Below, one piece after another: positions 34,793-44,974 of a stretch of DNA of 64,000 nt (its first letter is position 1; the number at the start of each line of letters is the position of its first letter). Origin of the DNA: a virus; the IMG/VR virus record IMGVR_UViG_3300027798_000020, positions 1-64,000 of that record. The stretch is one strand, 5' to 3'. The notes below the pieces were generated by a model, which saw only the letters and a program-made list of their open reading frames with translations, was not told where the DNA came from and ran no database searches. The position numbers and the translations under genes are program-made.

Positions 34793-35233
34793 ATGAAAAT
34801 TGGACTAAGTTATAGTCGGTGTGTGCGTGATATTGTTGACGGAAAGATTGACATTGACGATGTATTAGTAGTTATTGCTCGTACAGATTTCGATCCTCGT
34901 GATGCCGACCAGTGGCAGGGAATTTGGTTGGGCTATGGTGGTGGCACTGAAAATGCCTACAGTCAAGGATTCTTCAGTCACAGCAATCCTGAATGGGCTG
35001 GCTATCACGATGAAGACCAGTTCCGTAGTGTCAGCATTGAACTTTGGGAGTCTGGTCGACTACACCAGCCCCGCAAGTTTGGCGCACACCCTACTCGTCG
35101 TCCAGAAATTTGGCTAGAAGCAGTATTGCCTAGCAGTGAGCTGGAATCTAATCCAGCCGCTAAAGCCGCTTGGGACAAGTTTCAAACTGTCGCAGGTCTT
35201 ACTAACGTTGAACTAGATGACAAATATCGATGA
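34793..35233 (+). CDS. Hypothetical protein
   Basis: GAGG RBS, MKIGLSYSRCVRDI. Confidence 0.75.
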   Translation: MKIGLSYSRCVRDIVDGKIDIDDVLVVIARTDFDPRDADQWQGIWLGYGGGTENAYSQGFFSHSNPEWAGYHDEDQFRSVSIELWESGRLHQPRKFGAHPTRRPEIWLEAVLPSSELESNPAAKAAWDKFQTVAGLTNVELDDKYR

Positions 35234-35499
35234 AGATTACTTCGTTACTAGTAGTGGCATTACTCCTAGTTGGGTGTGATAGCCAAAGTACAACCTCAAA
35301 GGTTATGACCTATAGTGAGCTGTACGACTATCCAGTCAGCTGTTCACTAAAGGATATTCAATTAAAAGAGCTAACTGCACTACAGCGACAACTAAATTTT
35401 GATCCGGATCCAGACATGTTAAGCGAATTTAATCGAGCTTATAATAGTAGACTCAAAGCTACCATTTGGTGGTACGCTTATAGGTGTGATCAATCATGA
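35230..35499 (+). CDS. Putative lipoprotein
   Basis: LVGC lipobox. Confidence 0.65.
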   Translation: MKITSLLVVALLLVGCDSQSTTSKVMTYSELYDYPVSCSLKDIQLKELTALQRQLNFDPDPDMLSEFNRAYNSRLKATIWWYAYRCDQS

Positions 35500-35840
35500 A
35501 ATGGTTAATACTCTTACTGGTACTTGTGCCTGTGTCATCGTGGGCCAATTGTAATGTTAAAAGCGCCACATATCAAAAAGATGGTATAATGAGTAGCGAG
35601 TCAGTTACAGTTTGCCAAAACGGACGAACCCCTGATTCTAAAATTAAAATTGGCGATACTATTTTGGAAAATGAAGTTGGGCCAACTGATGCTAACGTTG
35701 GGTATTTCAAACATAAAAATACAACCTGTAAACTGTTTACTGAAAGACAAGGTCGAGATAAAAAGTTACAAGTATACCACGGTGTTATTTGCCAAATTGA
35801 TAACAGTCCAAATAATTGGATAGTTATGGACAAATGGTGA
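35496..35840 (+). CDS. Secreted hypothetical protein
   Basis: Signal peptide, paired Cys. Confidence 0.65.
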   Translation: MKWLILLLVLVPVSSWANCNVKSATYQKDGIMSSESVTVCQNGRTPDSKIKIGDTILENEVGPTDANVGYFKHKNTTCKLFTERQGRDKKLQVYHGVICQIDNSPNNWIVMDKW

Positions 35841-35901
35841 CTTGACCTTTTGATTTAATTCAACTATAATATAACTGTTATTAACACACAGAGAGGCACA
35901 T

Positions 35902-36030
35902 ATGAAAGGCTTTATTTTAGGCACTATCTTTGGACTAATTCTAGCAACTGTTGGATTTTCTGGCATTGCTAAGATGTTAGACAAAGGTGTAGACACAGTT
36001 AAAACACACTCACAGGAGATGGCAAAATGA
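35902..36030 (+). CDS. Small membrane peptide (42 aa)
   Basis: GAGG RBS, MKGFILGTIFGLILA. Confidence 0.6.
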   Translation: MKGFILGTIFGLILATVGFSGIAKMLDKGVDTVKTHSQEMAK

Positions 36031-36149
36031 AAGCAGTTGGCGTAATTATTTTGAGCATGGCACTTACTGCATGTTCTACAGTAGCAGGGGTTGGCAAAGA
36101 CATTTCGTCTACTGCCGAATGGACTAAAGAAAAGATGGGTGGCCGATAA
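36027..36149 (+). CDS. Entericidin EcnA/B-like lipopeptide (40 aa)
   Basis: LTAC-STVAGVGKDI; AGGAG RBS. Confidence 0.7.
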   Translation: MKAVGVIILSMALTACSTVAGVGKDISSTAEWTKEKMGGR

Positions 36150-36691
36150 TGAAAAAATTACTAATTGCACTTCCTATGATTGCGTTGTTAGCTGCCTGCG
36201 GTACTACAGACAGGCATGCAAAAATTGCAGAAGATGTTCGCGAACGTGAGTATCGTGATCGTCAAGCAGTACTGGATAAAGCACCAGATTGGATGATTAA
36301 GCTACCAGAAAGCAAAAGTGCAGTCTACGCGGCTGATACTGCCAAAGCTAGAGATTATTCAATGGCACGACAAATTGCCGAGCAAAATGCTAGAAATACA
36401 ATTTGTATGACTGCAGGCGGCACTTCTAGCACACGCATGAAAACATACTCAACTGAATCTGTTACACGAAGCGAATCAATATCGCGTTCTTCATGTAAAG
36501 AAGTTGATCTAACTGGCGCCTATGTTGAAAAACATAAAATTATTAATACTAGAGGCGGCGGCTATCAAGCCTATGTATTGTTAGTCTTACCAACAGGTGA
36601 TGCTAACGTACTGAAAAATCAACGCCATCAGCAGAATCTTCAAGAGATGGCTACCAAGCGACTTAAAGAAGTTGATAGCGAATTAAATTAA
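36149..36691 (+). CDS. Lipoprotein (LPP20-like)
   Basis: LAAC lipobox, APDW. Confidence 0.65.
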   Translation: MKKLLIALPMIALLAACGTTDRHAKIAEDVREREYRDRQAVLDKAPDWMIKLPESKSAVYAADTAKARDYSMARQIAEQNARNTICMTAGGTSSTRMKTYSTESVTRSESISRSSCKEVDLTGAYVEKHKIINTRGGGYQAYVLLVLPTGDANVLKNQRHQQNLQEMATKRLKEVDSELN

Positions 36692-36703
36692 TTAAGGAAT
36701 ATA

Positions 36704-37294
36704 ATGCCACATTTGGTACCCACGGTTATCGAGTCCGAAGCTCGCGGAGAACGAGCTTACGACATTTACAGTCGTTTACTTAAAGATCGTATTATCATGC
36801 TGGACACAGATGTTAATGAACATTCAGCAAGTCTAATAGTAGCACAGCTACTCTTTTTAGAAAGCCAGGGAAATGAAGATATCAACTTTTTTATCAACAG
36901 TCCAGGTGGAGTGGTTACTGCTGGCATGGCCATTTACGATACTATGCAATTCATTAAGCCTAATGTTAGCACCATTGTTATGGGCCAAGCCTGTAGTATG
37001 GGCAGTCTGCTTGCCACTGCTGGTGCTCCTGGCAAGCGTAAGATGCTACCAAACGCTAGACACATGATTCATCAACCTAGCGGTGGGGCTGGTGGACAGG
37101 CTACAGATATGGAAATCCAGGTAGAAGAGATTCTAAAAATGAAGAAGAATTTGACCCAGATTTATGTGAATCATAATAGCAAGGGCAAAACATTTGAACA
37201 GTTTAGGCACGATATGGAACGTGATAAATTTATGAGTGCGCAAGAGGCTCTAGAATACGGTTTGATTGACGAGATTATAACAAAACGCCCATAA
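36704..37294 (+). CDS. clpP: ATP-dependent Clp protease proteolytic subunit
   Basis: [30 protein letters not shown]. Confidence 0.96.
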   Translation: MPHLVPTVIESEARGERAYDIYSRLLKDRIIMLDTDVNEHSASLIVAQLLFLESQGNEDINFFINSPGGVVTAGMAIYDTMQFIKPNVSTIVMGQACSMGSLLATAGAPGKRKMLPNARHMIHQPSGGAGGQATDMEIQVEEILKMKKNLTQIYVNHNSKGKTFEQFRHDMERDKFMSAQEALEYGLIDEIITKRP

Positions 37295-37353
37295 AGTGCG
37301 CAGATAATGAAAAGTCGTAGTACACTATAAATACTAATGTCTAGGAGTGTACT

Positions 37354-38082
37354 ATGGCCCGCAAGGCGTTTAACTGGTCTTTACTTGACCGAGAAACTCT
37401 GTACTCAATGCTACATCAACTAAAATCTGAGTTAGTTGATAGACGACTTCCTATTGATGAAATTACTCGTCTAATAAGTCAGCACGTTAAGTGTCATCTT
37501 CCAATAAAATTTAAAAGTAGTAGATACAAGCCTGTAAAGAAGGGCGAGATTTGGGTAGGCGGTGCTTATTATTCTGATTTAGATAAAAAGGGCAGAAAGC
37601 GTTTTATTGAAGTTGAAATGGTTTACCCTCCAAATATTTCAACTATGAAGATGAGTATCTATCGTTGGGAGAGAGTTTGCCAACTTTTTGCTGATACTGT
37701 ACTCCATGAGGTTATTCATACACGGCAATATCGTGCTAGGAATTTTAAAGATATTCCAGGATATCAAAGTACTGCCTACTATGCTCGTACCCGTAAAGAA
37801 CAAGAGTATTATGGTGATAGAGATGAAATGGGTGCTCATTCATTTAACCTAGCTCAAGATATGATTGATAAATTTGGTTTTGATCCCAAAGCTATCAAAA
37901 TATACTTAGATTCAAAAGTACCAAAACGTGTTCGTCCAAATAGTTGGGGACGCTTTATGAAGGCATTTGAGTACGATCACAACCATCCAAAAGTTCGCCA
38001 AATGAAGCGTAAGATAATGAATCAACTAGAATACGCATATACTGGTAAGCCATTTAAGACAACAAATCACTTGACATACTGA
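37354..38082 (+). CDS. HExxH hypothetical protein, paralog of 31095-31760
   Basis: HEVIH..QYR.R.F, Y..D.DE..A; TATAAATA upstream at 37326. Confidence 0.65.
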   Translation: MARKAFNWSLLDRETLYSMLHQLKSELVDRRLPIDEITRLISQHVKCHLPIKFKSSRYKPVKKGEIWVGGAYYSDLDKKGRKRFIEVEMVYPPNISTMKMSIYRWERVCQLFADTVLHEVIHTRQYRARNFKDIPGYQSTAYYARTRKEQEYYGDRDEMGAHSFNLAQDMIDKFGFDPKAIKIYLDSKVPKRVRPNSWGRFMKAFEYDHNHPKVRQMKRKIMNQLEYAYTGKPFKTTNHLTY

Positions 38083-38128
38083 TACATAGACTGTACAATA
38101 GTTACATTAAGTCAACTAAAGGTCTAGA

Positions 38129-39451
38129 ATGAGCGAAGCTTGCTACCGAGTTATTTCCGATCTGGAAAATCATCCTTCACGTTTGAACAAAGAAGCGATC
38201 CTACTGGCGCAAGCCGAAGCAGGAAATGACGAACTGTTTGCAGGATTGAACCTAACATTTAATGCGATGGTAACATTTGGACTCAAACAAATCAAGGAAA
38301 AAACAAATGAAGACGGTAATGGTATCACTTGGAGTACTTTTAATAGTGTTGCTCAGTGCCTACGTCATCGTGATATCACCGGTAATGACGCCCGTGATGC
38401 CGTTGATGCGTTGATGGCGCAGGCCACCAAGGCCCAATGGAATGGTTGGTATCGTCGTATTCTTATTAAAGATATGCGAGCAGGATTTAGTGAAAACACC
38501 ATTAACAAAGTTGTAGAAAAGAAATGGCCCGATTATGCCGTTCCTGTTTTTAGTTGCCAACTTGCCCATGATAGTGCCAATCATGAATCCAAGGTCACTG
38601 GACAAAAACTTATTGAAGTTAAACTCGACGGCGTTCGTGTTATTACCATTGTTTACCCTAACGGTCGTGTTGATCAATTTAGTCGCAATGGTAAGGAACT
38701 TGTAAACTTTCCCCATGTGAAAGATCAAATCTCAAAAGTAGTCAAGCAAGATCCGCCACCTTATCCGGTAGTACTGGATGGTGAAATCATGAGTGGAACT
38801 TTCCAAGACTTAATGAAACAGATTCACCGCAAGAGCAGTGCCAAGGCAAACGATGCGGTTCTTAACTTGTTTGACTTTGTGCCGTTAGCAGATTTTGAAA
38901 AGGGTAAATGGGACAAACCCCAGACTACCCGAAGCATGATGCTCAAGGCATGGTTTGAAAAAAATGAATTACAGCTACCCAATGTAACAGTTGTTGCTCA
39001 GGAAACTGTAGACCTAGATACCGATGCTGGCCAAAAACGTTACAAAGAAATTAACGCATTGGCAATTGCTGGTGGGTATGAAGGCATCATGTTGAAAGAC
39101 CCGGATGCCGGTTATAAATGCAAGCGATCAGTTGCTTGGCTCAAGCTCAAGCCGTTTATTGAAGTATCGCTAACCGTTACGGCTGTAGAAGAAGGCACAG
39201 GTCGTAATGTTGGTAAGCTAGGTGCCGTTGTTTGTGAAGGGGTCGATGATGGTAGAGAGATATCCGTTAATGTTGGTAGCGGGTTTACTGATAGCAATCG
39301 TGATGACTACTGGGCTAGTCGTGAAGCTGTGGTTGGCAAGATTGTCGAAGTCCGAGCCGATGCAATTACACAAAATCAAGATGGCACTTACTCTTTACGT
39401 TTTCCACGATTTCTCCATTTTAGAGGCTTTGCAAATGGCGAAAAAATTTGA
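38129..39451 (+). CDS. ATP-dependent DNA ligase
   Basis: EVKLDGVR, SRNGK, LDGE, EGIMLK, WLKLKP, SLRFPRF. Confidence 0.95.
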   Translation: MSEACYRVISDLENHPSRLNKEAILLAQAEAGNDELFAGLNLTFNAMVTFGLKQIKEKTNEDGNGITWSTFNSVAQCLRHRDITGNDARDAVDALMAQATKAQWNGWYRRILIKDMRAGFSENTINKVVEKKWPDYAVPVFSCQLAHDSANHESKVTGQKLIEVKLDGVRVITIVYPNGRVDQFSRNGKELVNFPHVKDQISKVVKQDPPPYPVVLDGEIMSGTFQDLMKQIHRKSSAKANDAVLNLFDFVPLADFEKGKWDKPQTTRSMMLKAWFEKNELQLPNVTVVAQETVDLDTDAGQKRYKEINALAIAGGYEGIMLKDPDAGYKCKRSVAWLKLKPFIEVSLTVTAVEEGTGRNVGKLGAVVCEGVDDGREISVNVGSGFTDSNRDDYWASREAVVGKIVEVRADAITQNQDGTYSLRFPRFLHFRGFANGEKI

Positions 39452-39686
39452 TTTAAAACGTAGTATGAACAAAGACCTTGTCTACGGAGGTCTGCTAGAA
39501 CTTAGCCGTAACAAAATGGTTTGGCATGAAAGTACTGTAAGTCCAGAGTATAGCCACTTGACAGAAGATGGAAAAGTTGCTATTATACACGTTGTAGAAA
39601 ATATGTTTCGTGGTTTACAAACCGTTCATGAAACAGAGATCAAAGAAGAAGCAAAGCGTCAAACGATTGAGGCATTCAAATTATGA
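39435..39686 (+). CDS. Hypothetical protein
   Basis: Start MAKKFDL, GAGG RBS. Confidence 0.65.
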   Translation: MAKKFDLKRSMNKDLVYGGLLELSRNKMVWHESTVSPEYSHLTEDGKVAIIHVVENMFRGLQTVHETEIKEEAKRQTIEAFKL

Positions 39687-39907
39687 ACATTGTTATTAGT
39701 AGATCTAAGATTAACACGATTAAACAAGGTGATCCTAAGTTCATGCTCACAGACGGAATGGTAGTCTGCCCCCGTGCTGGATTTGAAATTAATCAACGAT
39801 GCCCTAAAGAATATAAATTAATCATTGCTGAATGTATTAATAATGGATGGCTTAAACCCGTTGCTCATATATACGGCAAAGAACTAACAATGGATGCGCT
39901 AAGATGA
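39683..39907 (+). CDS. Hypothetical protein
   Basis: Coupled ORF. Confidence 0.65.
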   Translation: MNIVISRSKINTIKQGDPKFMLTDGMVVCPRAGFEINQRCPKEYKLIIAECINNGWLKPVAHIYGKELTMDALR

Positions 39908-40089
39908 CAACAGTAAAAGAAGGCAGTACCTGGGAAGGAAGCGATCATAAACAGTTTTTAGTATTGCATACTATAGAAAAAGATGGGCATGTATGGGTGC
40001 ATTATAGGCAAAACGGTAAAGATAATAATCAAGAATTTAGTTGTTATGTAGAAAGTTTTGTCAATAGGTTCAGAGAAATTCTTACATGA
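39904..40089 (+). CDS. Hypothetical protein
   Basis: Coupled ORF. Confidence 0.65.
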   Translation: MTTVKEGSTWEGSDHKQFLVLHTIEKDGHVWVHYRQNGKDNNQEFSCYVESFVNRFREILT

Positions 40090-40313
40090 AATATGTTAGA
40101 CACTTTCTAGTAGCAATAGTCTTGTTATTGTTAGCTAGATTTTGGGTACAACGATTGCCATCTGATTCTACTATTAGGATATTTTGTGCATACGATAAAT
40201 TGTTTATTGAGTTTGAAGAAAAGAATAGTCGATGGGGCACTATGTTTTTAGATAACACTGGTAAACCAATGTCTTGCAATAAAAAAATTACTGTAGAACA
40301 ATACAGTTTGTAA
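40086..40313 (+). CDS. Hypothetical membrane-anchored protein
   Basis: Coupled ORF with N-terminal hydrophobic segment. Confidence 0.6.
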   Translation: MKYVRHFLVAIVLLLLARFWVQRLPSDSTIRIFCAYDKLFIEFEEKNSRWGTMFLDNTGKPMSCNKKITVEQYSL

Positions 40314-40334
40314 ATAATTAAAAGGAGATTTAAT

Positions 40335-41030
40335 ATGTTTGGATCATCATATACCGGCGGTTTGCCAACTTACCGCTCGGCAACACAAATTAACTCAGCA
40401 ATGGGACGAGTCTACGGACATATGTCTCTTGCAGTTATTACCTCAATGATTGTTAGTTTTTTAGTTGGTACTAACGCTGGATTGATGGAATTTTTCTTTA
40501 CTGGCGCAATGAAGTGGCTTGTGATCTTTGCACCGCTTATCGCCATTCTTGGTGTTAGCTTTGCTATGGAAAAGATGAGTAAAAGTGCCCTACAACTTTT
40601 TCTACACGGATTTGCGGCGCTGATGGGACTAAGTTTTTCCACAATCTTTGTAGTCTACAACATGGGCAGTATTGTCAGTGCCTTTATGGGTGCGGCAGTG
40701 TTGTTTGGTGTTATGAGTGGCTATGGTTATTTTACTAAGAAAGATCTTAGTGGTGTTGGACAGTTTATGTTTATCGGTCTTATTGCTATTGTGATTGCCA
40801 GTATTATTAATATCTTTATTGGAAGTACGGTAATGCAAATGGTTATCAGTGCTATTGGCGTTATTGTATTCCTAGGCTTGACTGCCTACGACACACAGAA
40901 GATTCGTGAAATGGTGTCAGTAGGTGATGATACTGGCAAAGAAGAAGTTGCAGGTGCGTTAACTCTGTATCTGGACTTTATTAACTTATTCTTAATGCTG
41001 TTACAACTATTTGGTGGAAAGAAAGAATGA
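40335..41030 (+). CDS. Bax inhibitor-1/YccA family membrane protein
   Basis: About 7 TM segments; TKKDLS, AYDTQKI, ALTLYLDFINLF. Confidence 0.92.
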   Translation: MFGSSYTGGLPTYRSATQINSAMGRVYGHMSLAVITSMIVSFLVGTNAGLMEFFFTGAMKWLVIFAPLIAILGVSFAMEKMSKSALQLFLHGFAALMGLSFSTIFVVYNMGSIVSAFMGAAVLFGVMSGYGYFTKKDLSGVGQFMFIGLIAIVIASIINIFIGSTVMQMVISAIGVIVFLGLTAYDTQKIREMVSVGDDTGKEEVAGALTLYLDFINLFLMLLQLFGGKKE

Positions 41031-41392
41031 CGAATCCATTTCGCGATCAAGAAAAGTTTATGCGGGCCTGTGATCAAACCGCAGGCGGTGAGTTTGATCA
41101 ATCTCAATTTAAAATGTATCTTGGATTGATCGAAGAAGAATATAAAGAGCTTAAAGAAGCTGTTAATAATCACGATCAGTTAGAAACGCTTGATGCACTT
41201 ATTGATATTCTAGTTGTTACTATTGGTGCTATCCATAGTATGGGCAGTGATGCCGAGGGTGCGTGGAAAGAAGTTATGCAGACTAACTTTGCCAAGATTG
41301 ATAAAGATACTGGCAAGGTTCGTAAGCGTGAAGACGGTAAGGTGTTAAAACCCGTAGGATGGGTTCCGCCGAATCTTGCACCATATGTATAA
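41027..41392 (+). CDS. MazG-like NTP pyrophosphohydrolase
   Basis: LIEEEYKEL, DALIDILVV, N..K...REDGKVLKP. Confidence 0.85.
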   Translation: MTNPFRDQEKFMRACDQTAGGEFDQSQFKMYLGLIEEEYKELKEAVNNHDQLETLDALIDILVVTIGAIHSMGSDAEGAWKEVMQTNFAKIDKDTGKVRKREDGKVLKPVGWVPPNLAPYV

Positions 41393-41415
41393 CGTCTTTA
41401 TAGATAAGGATTAAC

Positions 41416-42258
41416 ATGGCACAGCACACAACCTATTGGTCATGCACACCGTTTGCAGACTGGATTCGCGGCACTAAAAAACTAAGCGCAGGCACAGCCG
41501 AAGAATGGGACAACTGGACCACTGCGGCTCAAATGAAACATAATTTTCGTTACTGGCTAGCTGAAGAGGGTCTAAGCTATATCCAGGATTTTGTAACTTG
41601 GCCCATTAGAAAGATCTACGATGTTAAGTATTACATCAATAACCGTTGGGTTACTCGTACTCACAGTCTTACCGCCCATGCTCGTGATATCAAGCCTGGT
41701 AATTGGTGTGATGTTGGCAATCGGTTCCTGCCATGCCTATTTAATGAGTTGGTTGATTTCGTCGAAATTGAATCCGCATGGTCGCACATCGCCTGGGGAG
41801 ATAAGGAAGCTCGCGCAAAGTATGATCCTCCCTTTTGGGCTTCTGGTTGGTGGCGTTGGCGCACTTGGCGTTGCCCTCAAGCAGGTATCGATCATCTTGA
41901 CTGGGCAATGACTCTGACTAACACTGACTGGTGTGGACCAGAGCATCCAGACTACGGCAAGCCAACTGGGCAAGCTATTCGTGCAAAAGAAATCAAAGAA
42001 CTGTACGTATGGTGGACTACTGTATATCCCAATCGTCCAGATGCTCATGATGCCAGTGGTTGGAGTGCTTACTGCGAAGCGGCACGTTTGGCCAATGGTG
42101 GCAAGCTAAGTTGGATGAGTAGTGACAAGACACCCGAACTTCGCAAGATGGCTGACAAAGCACTCAAACTTACTACCAAGATTGAAGCGGCCTATGACAA
42201 AGAAGATACTGAAATGATGATCCGTTTAATCAAGGCTCGCGATAGTCTTTGGACTTAA
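41416..42258 (+). CDS. Hypothetical Trp-rich phage protein
   Basis: 280-aa ORF with RBS. Confidence 0.8.
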   Translation: MAQHTTYWSCTPFADWIRGTKKLSAGTAEEWDNWTTAAQMKHNFRYWLAEEGLSYIQDFVTWPIRKIYDVKYYINNRWVTRTHSLTAHARDIKPGNWCDVGNRFLPCLFNELVDFVEIESAWSHIAWGDKEARAKYDPPFWASGWWRWRTWRCPQAGIDHLDWAMTLTNTDWCGPEHPDYGKPTGQAIRAKEIKELYVWWTTVYPNRPDAHDASGWSAYCEAARLANGGKLSWMSSDKTPELRKMADKALKLTTKIEAAYDKEDTEMMIRLIKARDSLWT

Positions 42259-42344
42259 CCAATTTGTGTCAACGTAATGCAAAGCTAAGGCGTTATATAT
42301 ATGTAGGGTAATAATTCCTACACTAACATAAAGGAAACTTTAAA

Positions 42345-42551
42345 ATGAAATTAGCAATCGTAATCGCATCATTGTTCGCAGTATCAGCATTTGCACAAGC
42401 ACCTGCTAAGAAAGAAGAAGCCAAACCAGCCGCACCTGCCGCTTCAGCACCAGCCAAAGCTGAAGTTAAGAAGGACGAAAAGAAGCCTGTCAAAAGTGAG
42501 CCTGCTAAGAAGGACGCACCTAAAGCAGACGCCAAGCCAGCCGCTAAGTAA
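42345..42551 (+). CDS. Secreted Ala/Lys/Pro-rich low-complexity peptide
   Basis: Signal peptide ending AFA, AAGGA RBS. Confidence 0.75.
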   Translation: MKLAIVIASLFAVSAFAQAPAKKEEAKPAAPAASAPAKAEVKKDEKKPVKSEPAKKDAPKADAKPAAK

Positions 42552-42771
42552 TCGACGCTTAGAAGACAACGACAGTCTTGTTATTGAAGATGAGATTGTT
42601 TTTGGACGTAATCTACAAGCACGTAAGTTCGGAAAAATTGTTGATGAAGAACTATCTGATTATGTATTATGGAGATTATGGCGAGCTCGACAATTAGCAT
42701 TATCGAAGTATAATCAAGTCCATGGTTAAGTCCATGGACTTTTTTTTGGCAAGCCTTAGTACAGGATAATT

Positions 42772-43611
42772 ATGTTAATGCACCTATCCTGTATATTCGA
42801 TCATCAAGAATTAAAAATAGAACTTTTAAACAATCCTGTAGTAGATAAATGGGTTGCATCGTTGTTGCCCAATGAAACTTGGGATGTTAATCATAATCGG
42901 TTAGCTAATGTAGATTATGATGTGTTTTTAAAATCTTCAAAGAGAACAACACTTGTTAACACTATTAGACAATTCAATTCACAATTTCCAGAAACAATTT
43001 TTCCGTTCGAAGTAAGCGATCAAACACAATTTTCCAACAATGACCTAAACGATATACATCGATTTTTTACTTCAGCAACTTGTCACAGATCATGGTATCC
43101 GCATCAGCCTCCGTTTGAATTGCCCATTATTGATCAATGGTATCAAGGTCTAGACAAAATAAACTTAGCTGTACATCAACTACAATTACATTATCCTAAC
43201 AAACGGAAAACACTGCATACCGATATATGTTTATTAGAGTTCTCCAATCCATCTGCCCAGGAATATATGCACGAGGTAGGTGATTGGCAATATTTAGATT
43301 ATGATCTTACTTGTAATGTATTCCTACAACACTGTATCTGCGGCAAGGACAGTTTCCAAGCATACGTAGACAATGATGATTGCAGACATTTTGATGTTAT
43401 GTCGCAGTGGAATAGCGTCCATAATAGTTTTTATATTGATGTGAACAATTCAAGAAATAATACTATGAAAAATACTGCGTTTAAAGAATGGTTGATTGCC
43501 GGTAGAAAGTATAACACTGCGTGGCAATATATGCCACTTGGAAGAATTAAAGATCAATTTGATGTTAACACCCTTGGCTCACTTAAAGAGATTAAATTAA
43601 ATGACTGTTGA
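42772..43611 (+). CDS. Hypothetical protein
   Basis: 279-aa ORF. Confidence 0.75.
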   Translation: MLMHLSCIFDHQELKIELLNNPVVDKWVASLLPNETWDVNHNRLANVDYDVFLKSSKRTTLVNTIRQFNSQFPETIFPFEVSDQTQFSNNDLNDIHRFFTSATCHRSWYPHQPPFELPIIDQWYQGLDKINLAVHQLQLHYPNKRKTLHTDICLLEFSNPSAQEYMHEVGDWQYLDYDLTCNVFLQHCICGKDSFQAYVDNDDCRHFDVMSQWNSVHNSFYIDVNNSRNNTMKNTAFKEWLIAGRKYNTAWQYMPLGRIKDQFDVNTLGSLKEIKLNDC

Positions 43612-44974
43612 TAAAAATAAAATTATTAAGATTAAAAACATTACAGACCGAATTAGTCCTACATTCTGTCTAGCCAAATGGCATCACACAACTATCTATC
43701 TACAAACAGGCGAAACACATAGTTGTTATCATCCGGCACCTCATGCTATTCCGTTAAACGAAATATTAGAAAATCCAAGTGCATTACATAACACGCAAGA
43801 GAAAAAGAATCAACGAATTGCTATGCTTAACGGCGAGCAACCCACAGGTTGCCAGTATTGCTGGAACATTGAAGCATTAGGGTCCGACTATATTAGTGAT
43901 AGACACGAAAGAAACGCCAGTATCTACACCGAAGATCGTATGTCAGAAATTGAAAATAACGATATAGATTTTAATATCAATCCCGAATATATTGAGATAT
44001 CGTTTGGCAACGAGTGTAATTTTAAATGCGGATATTGCCATCCTAAAGCATCAAGTAGTTTCTACAAAGAAATTGAAAAGTTTGGTCCGTACGATATGGT
44101 ACGCAATCACCGAAGTGACATTGATTGGTTTAAGATTCATAAAATTGAAGAAGAAAATCCATATGTTGAAGCATGGTGGAAGTGGTGGCCTACCATGCGT
44201 AAGACTTTAAACATATTGCGTATTACTGGTGGCGAGCCGTTGTTACAACAATCAACGTGGCGGCTTCTGGAGGACCTTGATCTAAATCCATTGCCGCAAC
44301 TTGAATTAAACATTAACAGCAACTTAGGTGTTAAGCACTTACTAGTTGAACGTTTATCAGAGAGGGTTGAAAAGTTACGAGTTGAAGGTAAGATACGTAG
44401 GTTTAAATTATTCACTAGTTTAGATACATGGGGACCTCGTGCAGAATATATTCGCACAGGGCTTGACTTAGATGTATGGAGCAACAACTTCCACACGTAT
44501 CTAACTAAAACTAAAAATCCAATTACATTTATGATAACTTTTAACATACTAGCAGTTACTAGTTTTAAAAGTCTATTAGAAAAAATGTTAGAGTGGCGTA
44601 AACAATACGGATGGTACGATCATTTAAAAGAACATCGAATACGATTTGACACACCATACTTAAAAGAACCGTTACAGTATGATATGAATATTTTACCTAA
44701 AGAAGAATTTATGCCGTACATGCACGAAGCATTAGACTTCATTAAACAAAACATTGATAATACTGCATCTGATAAGTTTACAGACTTAGAATATGAAAAG
44801 TTTCGAAGAGTAGTTAACTATATGGAAACCACTCACTACTCAGATGATAAATTAAAAGAAGGGCGGACTGATTTTCATCGGTGGTTTACTGAGTTTGATC
44901 GACGAAGGGGAACTGATTTTTTAGAAACGTTTCCTGAATACAAACCATTTTTCTTGGATTGCAAAAAAATATGA
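43601..44974 (+). CDS. Radical SAM protein with N-terminal twitch/SPASM-like Cys cluster
   Basis: C.AKW..SCYH..CQYCW; CNFKCGYC; TGGEP. Confidence 0.88.
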   Translation: MTVDKNKIIKIKNITDRISPTFCLAKWHHTTIYLQTGETHSCYHPAPHAIPLNEILENPSALHNTQEKKNQRIAMLNGEQPTGCQYCWNIEALGSDYISDRHERNASIYTEDRMSEIENNDIDFNINPEYIEISFGNECNFKCGYCHPKASSSFYKEIEKFGPYDMVRNHRSDIDWFKIHKIEEENPYVEAWWKWWPTMRKTLNILRITGGEPLLQQSTWRLLEDLDLNPLPQLELNINSNLGVKHLLVERLSERVEKLRVEGKIRRFKLFTSLDTWGPRAEYIRTGLDLDVWSNNFHTYLTKTKNPITFMITFNILAVTSFKSLLEKMLEWRKQYGWYDHLKEHRIRFDTPYLKEPLQYDMNILPKEEFMPYMHEALDFIKQNIDNTASDKFTDLEYEKFRRVVNYMETTHYSDDKLKEGRTDFHRWFTEFDRRRGTDFLETFPEYKPFFLDCKKI

